From an uncultured Methylomirabilota bacterium (GTDB taxonomy: Bacteria; Methylomirabilota; Methylomirabilia; Methylomirabilales; 2-02-FULL-66-22), in the NCBI GenBank assembly GCA_963845565.1, contig CAWJSJ010000001.1, positions 224,001 to 288,000 of the forward strand: a stretch of 64,000 nucleotides of DNA, written 5' to 3'. Below the pieces are notes generated by a model. That model was given only the letters and a program-made list of their open reading frames with translations. It was not told where the DNA came from and ran no database searches. A program made the position numbers and the translations under genes. The first letter of the stretch is position 1; each line of letters opens with the position of its first letter. Below are positions 1 through 13,327 of the stretch, one piece after another.

Positions 1-162
1 TGCGGCGGATGCGCGTCGCTCGCCCCAAGAGGCGAACGATGAGCGTAGCTTCCACCAGAGGGATGAAGGCGGGTGTTGAAACAGCAGGCGAGGTCCAGAT
101 CCGCCGCTGGGTGAGTCCGAAGCACTCTGGCCCGAGCGACCCCACTATGTGTCACTTCCCCC

Positions 163-314
163 TCCGACCCCTCGGAGCCGCTCCGAGATCTCAGGCGGTT
201 TCCGCCCAAGCCTTCACGGGGCTTCCTCGGCAGCCACTTCGCTAACCCTCCGGTTCGTCAGTGCGAAGACCGCGTCGGACCCCTCGCCGCGTGGGGTGGA
301 TCTGGTGTTGCATA
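163..314 (+). promoter_or_regulatory. Sigma54-type promoter unit A: tandem palindromic UAS (163-195), IHF-like box (~243), -24/-12 (297-314)
   Basis: TCCGACCCCTCGGA-GCCGC-TCCGAGATCTCAGG; TGGATCTGGTGTTGCATA fits GG-N10-GC; same layout recurs 12 times in the window. Confidence 0.85.
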
Positions 315-406
315 GGCATGGGAGAGAGGACGCCGACCGGAGGGAGCGAGGGGCGCGGGTCCCGCGAGGTGCCGAGGCGTGAGGTTGTCGGAGGGAGGTG
401 GGGGTC

Positions 407-487
407 ATGGAAACCGTGTTGATCATTGTGCTCGTGTTGTTTGTGCTCGGTGGAGGGGGTTGGGGCTACTCGCGGTGGCGCCGGTAG
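407..487 (+). CDS. 26-aa membrane microprotein (METVLIIVLVLFVLGGGGWGYSRWRR)
   Basis: GGAGGT RBS; hydrophobic helix; paralogue at 30885-30971; not in ORF track. Confidence 0.8.
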   Translation: METVLIIVLVLFVLGGGGWGYSRWRR

Positions 488-634
488 CGCGCGGGGCCCC
501 GTGCCGGGCCCCGAGGCACTGTCTTGCTTTCACGGTCCGGCCACGAGCGGCCACCCGAGCGCATGGGGTGCCCCGAGGGTGCCGCGTGCTGGGACGGACC
601 ATCAGACACAGAAACCAGCAGCAGGAGGAATCTC

Positions 635-814
635 ATGAAAGCCAGCACGAAGGACCAGGCGGCAGGCAAGTTTCACGAGGTGAAGGGCAAGGTCAAAGAG
701 ACGGCGGGACGCCTGACGAACAATCCCGACCTGGAAGCCGACGGCACTGCGGAAAAACTCGCCGGCAAAATGCAAGACAAGATCGGCCAAGTCGAGAAGG
801 TTCTGGGGAAGTAG
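635..814 (+). CDS. csbD: CsbD family general stress protein
   Basis: MKASTKDQAAGKFHEVKGKVKETAGRLTNNPDLEADGTAEKLAGK matches the CsbD pattern; AGGAGG RBS. Confidence 0.85.
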   Translation: MKASTKDQAAGKFHEVKGKVKETAGRLTNNPDLEADGTAEKLAGKMQDKIGQVEKVLGK

Positions 815-933
815 GCACGCGACGGAGCAACCGCCGGATCGCCCTCGGGGCCGCGGTTGGCGGTGGCGATCCGGAGCAGGAGCATTCAGCAGATGGCGCG
901 GAGGACTGCACATCGCAAGACGGGAGGAGAGAC

Positions 934-1740
934 ATGAAGCGCTTTGTCGTAGCAACCGTGGGATTCGTTGTCGGCGTCGGTTTGTTGTGGGGCTGCGCCT
1001 CCATGCAAACCTGGCCCGCGAGTGAACGGAGCGCAGAGAACAAGATGGCGCTCATCCAGGAAGAGATTGGGGACGGGCTGAAAACCGGCGCGCTGACCCC
1101 CGATCAGTCCCAGAGTTTTCTGACGAAACTGAAGGTGATTCACACCGACTATACGGCACTGCGAGATAAACCGGTCTACCGGGAGGAATGGAACGGCCTG
1201 CAGGCCAGACTGGATGCACTCGGAGAGGACGTCAACAGGGCGCGTGCCCGGACCACCCGTCGGGACGACCCCCGCAATGGGGATCGGATCGTCGCCCTCC
1301 AGCGGCGCCTTGACGAGGGGCGCAGCGACGGGCGGCTGCCGCAGCCCGAGGGGCGCGACTTGCAGGCCCGCCTCGACACCATTCGGGGGGATTATTCCCG
1401 GATGACGGACGGCGGACGAACCATGTCGTACGAGGAGCAGGACCGCGTACAGGGCCGGTTGGTTGCCCTCGACGCAGATGTCACCAGGGCGCTGGCCCCG
1501 ACCGCCCGCCGGGACGACCCCCGCAATGGGGACCGGATTGTCGCCCTCCAGCGGCGGATTGATGATGGACGGAACAGCGGGCGCTTGCCACAGACAGAGG
1601 GGAGAGAACTACAGGCTCGACTCGATGGCATCCGGAGCGATTCTTCGCGGATGACGGACGGCGGCAGAGGCGCGACGTACGCGGAGCGCACGGACATCTC
1701 CCGTCGGCTGGATTCAGTGGAACGGGAACTCGATCGCTGA
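934..1740 (+). CDS. Putative lipoprotein with ~83-aa internal helical repeats
   Basis: Signal peptide ending LLWGC; RDDPRNGDRIVALQRR block repeated 249 nt apart; GGAGGAG RBS. Confidence 0.7.
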   Translation: MKRFVVATVGFVVGVGLLWGCASMQTWPASERSAENKMALIQEEIGDGLKTGALTPDQSQSFLTKLKVIHTDYTALRDKPVYREEWNGLQARLDALGEDVNRARARTTRRDDPRNGDRIVALQRRLDEGRSDGRLPQPEGRDLQARLDTIRGDYSRMTDGGRTMSYEEQDRVQGRLVALDADVTRALAPTARRDDPRNGDRIVALQRRIDDGRNSGRLPQTEGRELQARLDGIRSDSSRMTDGGRGATYAERTDISRRLDSVERELDR

Positions 1741-1912
1741 GGGGAGCGGGTGCTGCGCGCGGGGCCGCCGCGGTCGTGTCTCGCTGAGGCGACGCCGCCC
1801 GGCCCCGCAACCTCGCCGTGATCCGCCACGGCCAGCGCGGGGAGCACCCGGGTGTCACGAGGAAGTACACCCGGGGATTCGCTACGGATAATCCGAACAG
1901 AGGAGGGCAGCC

Positions 1913-3832
<1,920 letters not shown>

Positions 3833-3945
3833 GCGGACCAGTGCCGGGGAGCGGTGGGCCGATCTCGGTGTGACACGGCCGCAGGTCTCGGAGGCGCCCG
3901 GCTCCGATGGTCGCCGCCCGGCCGAGACGCAACAAGGAGGGCACG

Positions 3946-4749
3946 ATGCTACGGAGTATGAAGAAAGAGCTCAAGGGGTTCACGATCGGCGCGACCGATG
4001 GGGACATCGGCACGGTCATGGAATGCTATTTCGACGATGCGAGCTTCACGGTCCGGCATCTGGTGGTCGACGCTGGGAGTTGGCTGAGCGAGCGCAAGGT
4101 CCTCATCTCGCCGCAGGCCCTCCGGGACGTTGATTGGGTCGGCATGCGTATCTACGCGGCATTGACCAAGGCCCAGGTGGAGCAGAGCCCGGCAATCGAC
4201 ACCGACCGGCCGGTCTCGCGCCAGCACGAGATCGCGTACTACGACTACTACGGGTATCCGTATTATTGGGCGGGCCCGTACCTGTGGGGTGCCGATCCCT
4301 ATCCCGTCCCGCGCGCGGGCCGGGCGATGAGCTTCGAGAACGAGCGGCGCTGGGACTGGGCCGGGGAGCGCGGGGATCCGCATCTCCGGAGCTCGGCCGC
4401 CGTGACCGGCTACCACATCGCTGCCACGGACGGCGCGATCGGGCATGTCGAGGACTTCCTCGTGGACGAGGCGACGTGGGCGATTCGCTACATGGTCGTG
4501 GATACGAGCAACTGGTGGTCCGGCAAGACGGTACTGGTGTCGCCGGAGTGGATCGCGCGCATAGACTGGAATGAGTCGAAGGTGCACGTCGATTTGACGC
4601 GCGAGCAGATCGAGAACAGCCCGGCGTTTGATCCCGCCGAATCGGTGCAGCGCGACTACGAGACGCAGCTTTTCGACCACTACGGCCGGCCCCGCTATTG
4701 GAATGACTTACGAGACGAGGCACCGTCGTCGCGCCGCCGCGCCGCCTGA
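3946..4749 (+). CDS. Tandem PRC-barrel domain protein
   Basis: Two ATDG.IG.V.D barrels, HLRS motif; paralogue at 28313-29087. Confidence 0.85.
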   Translation: MLRSMKKELKGFTIGATDGDIGTVMECYFDDASFTVRHLVVDAGSWLSERKVLISPQALRDVDWVGMRIYAALTKAQVEQSPAIDTDRPVSRQHEIAYYDYYGYPYYWAGPYLWGADPYPVPRAGRAMSFENERRWDWAGERGDPHLRSSAAVTGYHIAATDGAIGHVEDFLVDEATWAIRYMVVDTSNWWSGKTVLVSPEWIARIDWNESKVHVDLTREQIENSPAFDPAESVQRDYETQLFDHYGRPRYWNDLRDEAPSSRRRAA

Positions 4750-4840
4750 ACGACCGGCGCCAAGCCGCCGGCGGTCCAGACCGGCTCAGGGATCGACCGC
4801 GGGCGCGGCCGGGCGGCGCCCGCGAAGGAGGCGGAATCGC

Positions 4841-5230
4841 ATGAGGACTCGCCTTTACATTTGCTCCTTTCTCATCAGCGTGACGCTGGTTTCCCCGGGG
4901 GCCGTCGTCGTGGCAGCGGAGCCCACGGTGGCCTGCCGTACTCTCGCCTCACGTTTCGGGACGGCTGTGGCCGAACTTGACGCGAAATCTCTTGTCAATC
5001 TGGGGATTTGCGTTGCGGTCGAACTTGGGGAGCGCGCGGGCGCTGCAGAACCTCCAGCGTTAGCTCCGGGAGATACCGCCTCTCCATCTTTCCCTCCAGC
5101 GGTCGGTACCCCTTCTGAGGCGCCTATCGAAAGCAGCCTCTCGCCACCGCGAGGCAAGTATGGCGAATGGCATCCGTCGGCACTGTGGCGAGAAACGTGG
5201 CCCGAGCCAGGTCCTTGGGAAGGACGGTAG
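4841..5230 (+). CDS. Hypothetical exported protein
   Basis: AGGAGG RBS, signal-peptide-like N-terminus, abuts next gene. Confidence 0.5.
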   Translation: MRTRLYICSFLISVTLVSPGAVVVAAEPTVACRTLASRFGTAVAELDAKSLVNLGICVAVELGERAGAAEPPALAPGDTASPSFPPAVGTPSEAPIESSLSPPRGKYGEWHPSALWRETWPEPGPWEGR

Positions 5231-6721
5231 ATGACAAGTCCACGCCTCCTGGTGACGTTCGCCGGAATGCTCTTCTGGTGCACCGCGGCCCTCGCGCAGG
5301 TCCCGGCCGGACCCCCCGCCAAACCCGCAGCCCCCTCGGACCGGGCCGGCTATGCCCTGCCCGACGGCACCGGCACGAAATGGACGGGCGACCTGGATGG
5401 GATGATCAAGCGCCGCCAAATCCGAATCCTGGTCCCCTACTCGAAGACGCTCTACTTCGTCGATCGAGGGACGCAGCGAGGGATGGTCTATGAGATCGGC
5501 CGGCAGTTCGAGGACGATCTAAACAAACGACTGAAGGCAAAGACTAAGCGGGTTCGCGTGGAGTTCGTGCCCGTCGCCCGTGACCAGATCATCCCGGCCC
5601 TTCGGGAGGGGCGCGGGGACATCGCCATGGCCAACCTGACGATCACGCGCGAACGCCTGGCGCTGGTGGACTTCTCCAATCCCGTCGAGCGCAACGTGAC
5701 CGAGATCGTGGTCACCGGCCCAGAGGCCGAGCCGTTCGCCATGGTGGCGGACCTGTCCGGGAAAGAGGTCTACCTCCGCCAGTCCTCCAGCTTCTACGAG
5801 AGCATCGCGCAGCTCAACGCCGAATTCGCCAAGGCGAAGAAGGCGCCGGTGAGGGTGCGCCTGGCGCCCGAGAACCTCGAGATCGAGGACATCCTGGAGA
5901 TGGTGAACGCCGGCCTGGTCCCGGCGACCATCGCCGACGATCATATCGCCGCTTTCTGGAAGCAGATCTTCCCCAAGCTCACGCTCCACAAGGACGTCGC
6001 GGTTCGGACCGGCGGGGAGATCGGGTGGATGCTCCGGAAGGACTGTCCCAAGCTCAAGACCGCGTTGAACGCCATGTTGGCCCGCTATCCCGAGGGCTCG
6101 GCCCGGCGGAATCAGCTGTTCCAGACGTACCTGAAGAGCACCAAGTGGGCGACGGCGGGAACCTCCAGGGAGGAAATTGCCAAGTTCGAACGCTTGGTCG
6201 CATTCTTCCGCAAGTACGGGGAAAAGTACGACATGGACCACCTCCTGATGATGGCACAGGGCTATCAGGAATCCCAGTTTGACCAAGAGGCCAAGAGTCC
6301 GGTCGGGGCCATCGGCGTGATGCAAGTGATGCCGGCGACCGGCAAGGAAATGGACGTGGGCGATATCACCCGTCTCGAGCCCAACATCAACGCTGGGGTC
6401 AAATACATGCGCTTCATGATGGACCAGTTTTACGCCAACGAGCCGATGGATGCGCTCAACAAGGGCCTCTTCACCTTCGCCTCGTACAACGCCGGGCCGG
6501 GGCGGATCCAGCAGCTCCGCAAGCAGGCCATCCAACGCGGGCTCGACCCCAATCTCTGGTTCAACAATGTGGAAGTGATCGTCTCCGAGAAGATCGGGCG
6601 CGAGACCGTGCAGTACGTGAGCAATATCTACAAGTACTACCTCGCCTTCCGGATGGGCGAGGAGGAGCGCGAGGCCCGGGCCAAGGCCAAGGACGCCGCC
6701 AAGCAAGAGGCGGGCACATAG
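5231..6721 (+). CDS. MltF-like lytic transglycosylase (substrate-binding + SLT domain)
   Basis: YQESQF, GAIGVMQVMP and SYNAGPG SLT motifs after an SBP-like N-terminal domain. Confidence 0.9.
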   Translation: MTSPRLLVTFAGMLFWCTAALAQVPAGPPAKPAAPSDRAGYALPDGTGTKWTGDLDGMIKRRQIRILVPYSKTLYFVDRGTQRGMVYEIGRQFEDDLNKRLKAKTKRVRVEFVPVARDQIIPALREGRGDIAMANLTITRERLALVDFSNPVERNVTEIVVTGPEAEPFAMVADLSGKEVYLRQSSSFYESIAQLNAEFAKAKKAPVRVRLAPENLEIEDILEMVNAGLVPATIADDHIAAFWKQIFPKLTLHKDVAVRTGGEIGWMLRKDCPKLKTALNAMLARYPEGSARRNQLFQTYLKSTKWATAGTSREEIAKFERLVAFFRKYGEKYDMDHLLMMAQGYQESQFDQEAKSPVGAIGVMQVMPATGKEMDVGDITRLEPNINAGVKYMRFMMDQFYANEPMDALNKGLFTFASYNAGPGRIQQLRKQAIQRGLDPNLWFNNVEVIVSEKIGRETVQYVSNIYKYYLAFRMGEEEREARAKAKDAAKQEAGT

Positions 6722-6862
6722 CCCGGCGCTGGGGGACCGAATGAGGTCGGCAAACCCGCCCCGCCCGGTGGGCTCGCGCGGCGGCCGGTAGACGGATCGC
6801 CCCGCGGACCCCAGCAGCAAAATCCTGTCGCGTGGTCTCGCGGAAGTTTCGGGCAGAAGGAG

Positions 6863-7132
6863 ATGGGAATGAAACAAGACACCCTGACCCAGATCATGGC
6901 GTTCGCCCACTCTATCGCGCACTACCTTGGCACCTGGATCGTCGCCCTGATCCAAAGGATCCTCCCCATGACGAAGGAGCTCTCGACGCTCGCGGATCCG
7001 ATCGGCTACCTCGCGATCCTCTCGATCTTCGTGATCGTCACGGCGACCGCGAAGAAGGTGGCCATCGTCATCCTCCTCGTGGGATGGGTGCTGATCATCA
7101 TCAGGATCGTGCTCATGGCCCTGGGGGTCTAA
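6863..7132 (+). CDS. Small hypothetical membrane protein
   Basis: 89 aa, several hydrophobic segments, AAGGAG RBS. Confidence 0.65.
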   Translation: MGMKQDTLTQIMAFAHSIAHYLGTWIVALIQRILPMTKELSTLADPIGYLAILSIFVIVTATAKKVAIVILLVGWVLIIIRIVLMALGV

Positions 7133-7192
7133 TCCGGACGTGCGGAGTACTCCCGGTTCGTAACCAAGAGGGGAGCGACGGGGTTTCCTGGA

Positions 7193-8950
7193 GTGAAGGG
7201 AGATAGGGTTGTATGGATGCCATGGGATCTCCGTACAAACGTTTGGTCATCGCCTCCTACCGCCTACCATTCAGGCGCTCCGAGAAGAACGGTCAAAAAA
7301 AGAGTAGAGCAATCCTCTGGGGGGTTGGTGTCTGCGCTGGTGGCCCTATCCCGCAACGCCGAAGCGGGTGAGCCCTATCACAATGTGGTATGGGTCGAAA
7401 AAGGGGACGAGGATCTTACCGAGGACATGCAGGCGGGGGAAACCGGGGTCAATTTCCGCCTGGTGCCGGTCGCAATCGAGGCCGGCCTCGACAAACAATT
7501 CTACGGCGGGTTCTGCAACGACCTCCTCTGGCCCCTGTTCCATTATTTTCCGTCACGCGCCGTGTTCCACGAACGCTACTTTGACGGCTACGTCGCGGCC
7601 AATGCCCTCTTCGCGGACAAGATCAAATCACTCGTCCAACCGGGCGACTTCATTTGGATCCACGACTACCATCTCTTTCTCTTACCAGCCCTGCTCCGGG
7701 AGGCGCTGTCGTCCGCCACGATCGGCTTTTTTCTGCACATCCCCTTCCCGACCTTCGAACTGTTCCGCATTCTGCCGCGGCCCTGGGGCGAAGCGCTCCT
7801 CACGGGGATGCTGGGATCCGATTTGATCGGCTTCCACGTCTACGATCACTGCCAATACTTTTTGCGATCCGTCTCCCGGTTCCTGGGGAGCGAGATCACC
7901 AGGAATACGGTGGCCGTGGAGGACCGTATCGTGCGCGTCGATGCCTATCCCATCGGCATCGATTATGAGAAATTCAGCACCGCGGCCGTTCGTTCGCCCG
8001 AGGTGGCAGCGGAGAAGACGAAAATCCTCAGTGACCTCAAGGACCAAAAGCTGATCTTTTCCGTAGACCGGTTGGATTATTCCAAAGGCCTTCTGGATCG
8101 TCTGGCCGGGTTCGAATACTTCCTGGATGCGTACCCGGAATGGATCGGGAGGACCGTGTTCAATATGGTCATTGTTCCGTCACGCGACACGATCGCTAGT
8201 TATCAAGAGATGAAGCACGAAATCGAAGCCGCCGTGGGGAGGATCAACGGAAAATACAGCACGATGGCCTGGCTTCCAATCCTCTACCAATACAAGTCCC
8301 TGTCGTTCGCCGGAGTTGGTGGCGCTCTACAGTCTGGGCGACGTTGGCCTGATTACCCCTATTCGCGACGGCATGAATTTGGTCGCCAAGGAATATATCG
8401 CGTGCGAAACCGCGGAGAAGGGCATGCTCATCCTCAGCGACACCGCCGGGGCATCCGCCGAGCTCAGTGAAGCCCTCTTGATTAATCCGACGGACAAACG
8501 GGAAGTTGCGGATGCGTTACACCGGGCGCTGACCATGCCGGCACGTGACCGGGGCATCCTGGTATCCCGGATGCAGAATCGGATCCGAAGATACTCGGTG
8601 TTTTCCTGGGCCGCGGATATCATCCAGAGCACGGCGGGCATCAAGCAGGAACAGGAACTGCGGAAAGTGAACCTGCTGACGATTCCCATTGAATCCCGGC
8701 TCGTCATGCAATACCGGCAGGCCGCGCGGCGGGTGATCTTCTTAGATTATGATGGGACGCTCGTTCCCTTTTCGAGAATCCCGGAATTGGCCATTCCGGA
8801 CGTACCGACCCTGCGCCACCTACACCTCCTGGCCAAAGATCCCAAGAATCGTGTGTTCATCATCAGCGGACGCGCCAAGGATTTCATGGAAGAGTGGCTC
8901 GGCGACCTCGATGTTTTTCTCTTCGCCGAACATGGCGCGTTTCAAAAGCC
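7193..8950 (+). pseudogene. otsA: Bifunctional trehalose-6-phosphate synthase/phosphatase (OtsA-OtsB), frameshifted near 8315 and truncated near 8950
   Basis: SSGGLVSAL, LWPLFHY, WIHDYHL, DRLDYSKG, RDGMNLVAKEY, then HAD motif FLDYDGTL; similarity ends after AEHGAFQK; start uncertain. Confidence 0.85.
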
Positions 8951-9311
8951 CCGGGCAGCGTCTCGGCGAGCCTACCCCCGCCCCCCAGCCGTTACCAGCG
9001 CCGCACGTTCGGATGTCTGGTGGGGAACGGCTCACGCGTCGTGTGTCGGTCCTCGGTCGATTCTCGGGCAACGCGCTTCCCATTCGCCAATCGTCGGGAA
9101 AGGTGACAGATTTCGCCACGACGGAAATGCGACCCCCCGACGCCTGTTCTGCCGTACGTGGTCGTAACCGTCGAGCGCCATTGGCAAGGCTGGATCAAGA
9201 GACCGGCTGTTATGGGTGTGCCGTGATCACGGCACATTGTATGCTCCCTCATCCGGAGGAGTCGAGCGGGTCAGGCGTGGCAAGCGCAACAGGGAGGAAG
9301 GGGGTAGGGTG

Positions 9312-9605
9312 ATGCATGCGGAGGTGAATCACGACAAGCTGAGGACCGCCTTTATTGCGGGGCGACTTGATGCCGCCAGTGAGCGGGGCGAGACGATTCC
9401 GGATGGCGTAGAGGTGCTCATGAGAATCGTGCTGGGCGAGGCCGATATCAACGTCTTAGCGCAGTACGCGAAGGTGCTGTTCCAGGAGACGGCGAAACCT
9501 GCCGTCTCGCCCATGGCATCGGTCCGGGAAGAACGAGGGGAGGTCCCCCGGAACGGCCAGGGTGTCGGCGGCGTCCCGGTCCCGCCGAGTCTCTTGAGGA
9601 CGTGA
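9312..9605 (+). CDS. Hypothetical protein
   Basis: Protein-like composition; no family recognised. Confidence 0.4.
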   Translation: MHAEVNHDKLRTAFIAGRLDAASERGETIPDGVEVLMRIVLGEADINVLAQYAKVLFQETAKPAVSPMASVREERGEVPRNGQGVGGVPVPPSLLRT

Positions 9606-9874
9606 ACGGACTGAACACCGCGTCGGTGGCACCGCGCTGCACGGAATCGAGGGCGGAGGCGATCCTCGGGGAACGCTGTCACGAGCGTCGGGAACCACGT
9701 CGGCACTCGGGGTGTCTCTAGCGCCTGCAATCGCTTGATCTCTTCTAGCACCTCAGCCTTGTTGATCACACCCTTTTTCTCTAAGACATTCAGCAGGGCT
9801 TCCAGTTGGAACGCTTGGGCGAGGACGACTTCTTCCAGTGGGACCGTCTGCCTACCGCCCAGGACCGTAGCCAT
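9329..9874 (-). CDS. Hypothetical protein; probably only the first ~55 aa (…LEALLNVLEKKGVINKAEVLEEIKRLQ) are real
   Basis: GGAGGTG RBS and amphipathic helical N-terminus; the remainder looks like read-through, so the end is uncertain. Confidence 0.4.
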   Translation of the reverse strand: MATVLGGRQTVPLEEVVLAQAFQLEALLNVLEKKGVINKAEVLEEIKRLQALETPRVPTWFPTLVTAFPEDRLRPRFRAARCHRRGVQSVHVLKRLGGTGTPPTPWPFRGTSPRSSRTDAMGETAGFAVSWNSTFAYCAKTLISASPSTILMSTSTPSGIVSPRSLAASSRPAIKAVLSLS

Positions 9875-9923
9875 CGTCACCTCCGTGGTGGTCCGCGTCG
9901 TATGCCTCCCGTTGGTGTATCAA

Positions 9924-10204
9924 CTACGCCTCAACAAATCGGCGGAGGAACAATTCTCGCGTCACGGCGGTCGGTTGCGCCTCCAGGGTCGCCAGGAGTT
10001 CCGTGAGCCGGTCCACGGGAAGGTTGACCCGGTCCGCGAGTTCCATGAGCGCCAGGGCGTGCCGTTCGTCGGGGGCCGCGCTCGGGTCTCGGCCATCGCC
10101 GCGTGGATTTCTGCCAACAGATCGGCAGACACCTCCCCGGCCTCGACGGCTTCCGCGACGCGACGCAGCAACCACGTCTCGAAGGGCTCGGTTGGATCAG
10201 GCAT
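9924..10204 (-). CDS. Hypothetical helical protein, one frameshift near 10070
   Basis: MPDPTEPFETWLLRR… joins DERHALALMELADRV… in an adjacent frame. Confidence 0.45.
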
Positions 10205-10411
10205 GCGCGTCTTCCACCCCAGAACGGAGGTATCAATGACCAACATCCAAGAAGTAATCTTGGGAGCGCGTGATGGACTTGCCGCTGGCGCAGTCAAAGT
10301 TCCTGGACAGGATTATCCAACTTTGGCGACACATGCTGCAGATGCAACGCGGATGGGATCAATCAAGACAGCACGTTGAATGCCTGGATTGGCGTGAAGG
10401 TCCCCCCCAAA

Positions 10412-11084
10412 TGACTATTATCCAGTCATCGTAGGTGGGTACCATTATCTTATATCTTCGCGGCGACGAAGCCTGCCTTACGCCAGATGGGCTCATCGAT
10501 CCGACGGCCTTACTCCAGGCCATGGGTTTCCCCGCGGCGCCGGTGGCGACCACACCTGGGGTGGCGCGGCCACAGCTTGGGCCGGACGTCGGGCCTTTGG
10601 CAGCGCCTGCGGCTGGCACGGCGGGCAGGTCGCTGCGGCCTTCACGTCCATCACTTGCTTCTTCAGCCCCTGGTTCTCTGCCCGCAGCGCGTCCAGCTCC
10701 TTGGTGGTGGCCTGCGACGCGGCGGGCTCTCGCTGTGCCTCTCTCGGCGCGGCCGTGGGGGCTGGCGGGGTGTGGAGTCCGGTCATCACCGCGCCACCGA
10801 GGACCGCCACCGTCAGCAGTGCCCCAGCCGGAACACCGAGCAGAAACAAGCGTCGGCTCCCGGCAGCGGTGGATTCCCAGGTGATGTACTCCACTTCGGT
10901 CGCATAGTACTCGCGGTATTCATAATGCCGGCGTCCAGCGGTTGGCCAACCACCCAAAGAGTCCCATCTGGCAACTCCCTGCTCGAACGCCTCTGTCGCC
11001 GATTGGTTTAGGATTTATGGTAGCCGAGCAACCCCACCATCGCCAGCCTTCGTTCAGGGCAGCCCATCCGAATACGCCACCAGG
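10412..11084 (-). repeat. Inverted duplicate of 24417-26046, carrying one repeat unit instead of twelve
   Basis: Both flanks and the ORF match the reverse complement of the 24.4-26.0 kb segment. Confidence 0.9.
10493..10967 (-). CDS. Membrane-anchored protein with a single ASQATTKELDALRAENQGLKKQV unit and CPPC/Pro-rich tail (1-nt frameshift near 10925)
   Basis: Paralogue of the 24532 gene; ATG at 10967 aligns with its MGLFGWLA start. Confidence 0.65.
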
Positions 11085-11984
11085 AAGTCTCCAGAGTCGC
11101 CAGGAGCACGTTCATGGCCCCAGCGCGGTATATCCCCCCCGCGATGTTTCGGAAGGGTGCGCGTTGGTGCGGTGCCCGTGCCGGTCTGAACCGGGAGGAT
11201 GCCATTGAACCTCCTGGTGGTGCGCAGAGGACTAGCGACGACAGATGCCGGGCTTCTATTGGGAACGGTGGCTGCGTGGGCCGCGAGTGGGCAGCGCCCC
11301 CAACGGCAACACCGAATCATGCAGGGAAAGGTGAGAAGAAAGTACGCCGAGCGCCGCTGGCTTTGAACGATGGACGGCAGTGCCGCGAGGTGCTGCAGGG
11401 TGTCGGCGAGGGCCGCCCGCTGCGCGACGGTGAGCGTCGTGAACCGGAGGCCGCTGCGAGCCACGAGGCGGGATTCGCCTCCCCCGCATGCGCTTCCACC
11501 CGGACCGCGCTGCATGATACGATGATCACGTCACCGCCGAGACGTTCGCGCCTCCTGAGGGGCTACAGCGGCTCGCTGACGCGCCTCATCTTCGCCGGGT
11601 CCCCAAAGAAACGCTACGAGCAGGAGGCCCAGCCAAGCGCCAAGGGCGACGGTAACGCAGATGAGCGCCAGACGTTTCATCGTCATGCCCTCTAGTCCCG
11701 CGCGGCACGATCCATCGGGGGTGACGATCAAACCCTAAAGAACGGGGGCCTGGTGTCAAGCGACATTCCTCTGCCGCGGGCCGTTGGGCCCGTCTGGGGG
11801 ATCCGGTGACACGCAGATGGACCCACCCCCCGGCCTGATCCCGGTGTCGATGACCGGTGCAGTCCTGCTCCCGACTGAGGTTGAGTTTACGGCTGGGACT
11901 CGCCGCGGGAAGTGGTGGCGCCGCCAGGGGGCGATGGAGCGGCGGACGGAAGACGGTGCCCACGGCATCGTCAGGGGAGATGCC

Positions 11985-12152
11985 ATGAGATTGCTTGGAG
12001 ACATCCTCAGCATCTTGGTCTTCGTGTCGGCGCTCGGCCTCGCCGCCGTCGCCGCCGGGGTGGGGCTCGATGCGTGGTGGTGCCGGTGCGAGGCCCTGGA
12101 GCCGCGGAAGGCGTCACCAGACGGAGGGAGCCATGACGCGGAAAGCGCCTGA
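11985..12152 (+). CDS. Small hydrophobic hypothetical protein
   Basis: GGGGAG RBS, one TM helix. Confidence 0.4.
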   Translation: MRLLGDILSILVFVSALGLAAVAAGVGLDAWWCRCEALEPRKASPDGGSHDAESA

Positions 12153-12327
12153 ACCCCCGGTGCTCGTCTATCGTGGCCTGCACCGGTGCGATCAATGCGG
12201 CGGGCCGCTGGCCCCGGGGGAGATCGGCGGGATCTGCAGGAAGTGTCGCGACGCACTCCCCCGGCCACGCCGACAGCCGACGCGGCGGAAGCCCCCTGGA
12301 CGGCCACCTGAAACAAACTCGCCTTAG
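12133..12327 (+). CDS. Small putative zinc-ribbon protein
   Basis: CDQC…CRKC; GGAGGGAG RBS. Confidence 0.45.
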   Translation: MTRKAPEPPVLVYRGLHRCDQCGGPLAPGEIGGICRKCRDALPRPRRQPTRRKPPGRPPETNSP

Positions 12328-12392
12328 CGTGTCCTGAGAGGAGCGAACCCTGTGTTCAAGGACCTCTGCCACCAGAAACCGAACGTGCGGCG

Positions 12393-12602
12393 GTGAGCAC
12401 CCTTGTGGTAGCATTCCAGCAACCACTCCGGCCGTGTCCGGTCTGCGGCCAGGCCATGCTGGGGCGCCGAACGTCGGCCTGCTCTGACAAGTGCCGCGCC
12501 ACCAAGAGGCGGCGACAAAGGACCGAGACGCAGACGGAGCGGGATCAACGAGTGCGGGAGGTACTGGAGGCGGCGATGGGGGCGATGGCAGCAGAGGGAT
12601 GA
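12393..12602 (+). CDS. Small putative zinc-finger protein
   Basis: CPVC…CSDKC followed by a basic helix. Confidence 0.5.
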   Translation: MSTLVVAFQQPLRPCPVCGQAMLGRRTSACSDKCRATKRRRQRTETQTERDQRVREVLEAAMGAMAAEG

Positions 12603-12677
12603 GTACGGGGGTGGACGGTGGATTTCCCCCAGGTGAGTCGTACTTTGTTATACGGCTACCTGGCAAGGGAGTGAATC

Positions 12678-13142
12678 ATGACCTGGCTAATCGTGGGACT
12701 GCTCGCTCTGGGTATTTCTGCTTCTGGGTGCGCCAAGACAGTGAAAGATGTTGCTCCAGTATTCACCAGGGCCGGATGGTACAACATGTCCGTCAAAGAG
12801 GACGACGGCGAGCCGGTAACCCAATACAGCCTGTGGGTTGCCGAAGTGGACAGTGATCACACCGCTGCACAACACTACGCGGAGACCATGGCCCCGCACC
12901 CGGGCACACTCCAGATATGTATTGTCCCGAATTTGTCCCTCTACAGTTACCAGTGGTCCATGCTCATTCGGGAAACAGATGAGGCCGGCACGATCAAGGA
13001 CGGCAAGGTGTTGGATTCCTATGAGAACTTCCTCTATACAAGACTATACGGCAACAGCTACGATTGCTGGACCACGAAAATGTTACCCGCCGTGTGGTAT
13101 CGCATACAGGTGACCAAGTTCTGGTATGACGAAGCAAAGTAA
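12678..13142 (+). CDS. Hypothetical lipoprotein
   Basis: Signal peptide ending ASGC; visibly lower GC than flanks. Confidence 0.7.
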   Translation: MTWLIVGLLALGISASGCAKTVKDVAPVFTRAGWYNMSVKEDDGEPVTQYSLWVAEVDSDHTAAQHYAETMAPHPGTLQICIVPNLSLYSYQWSMLIRETDEAGTIKDGKVLDSYENFLYTRLYGNSYDCWTTKMLPAVWYRIQVTKFWYDEAK

Positions 13143-13327
13143 GGAACGGATCTTCCTATGGCGGCTAGACGCCCCCGGGGAACGCACCGCAGCGGGCTAT
13201 TCTAAAGAGGTACGACCCATGCGGTGCGCCCGCTGTGAGGCGGACTTTACTCCCAAGAACGTGCGCGGCTGGCGAAGGCGCTCACGGTGACGGTGGGAAA
13301 GCTGGTGGAGTGAAGGGGGGCCACGCG

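Noticed and set aside
3855..3910. Partial UAS-like words upstream of the first PRC-barrel gene
   Set aside because: The spacing is wrong and there is no GG-N10-GC at ~102 bp; the gene starts too soon.
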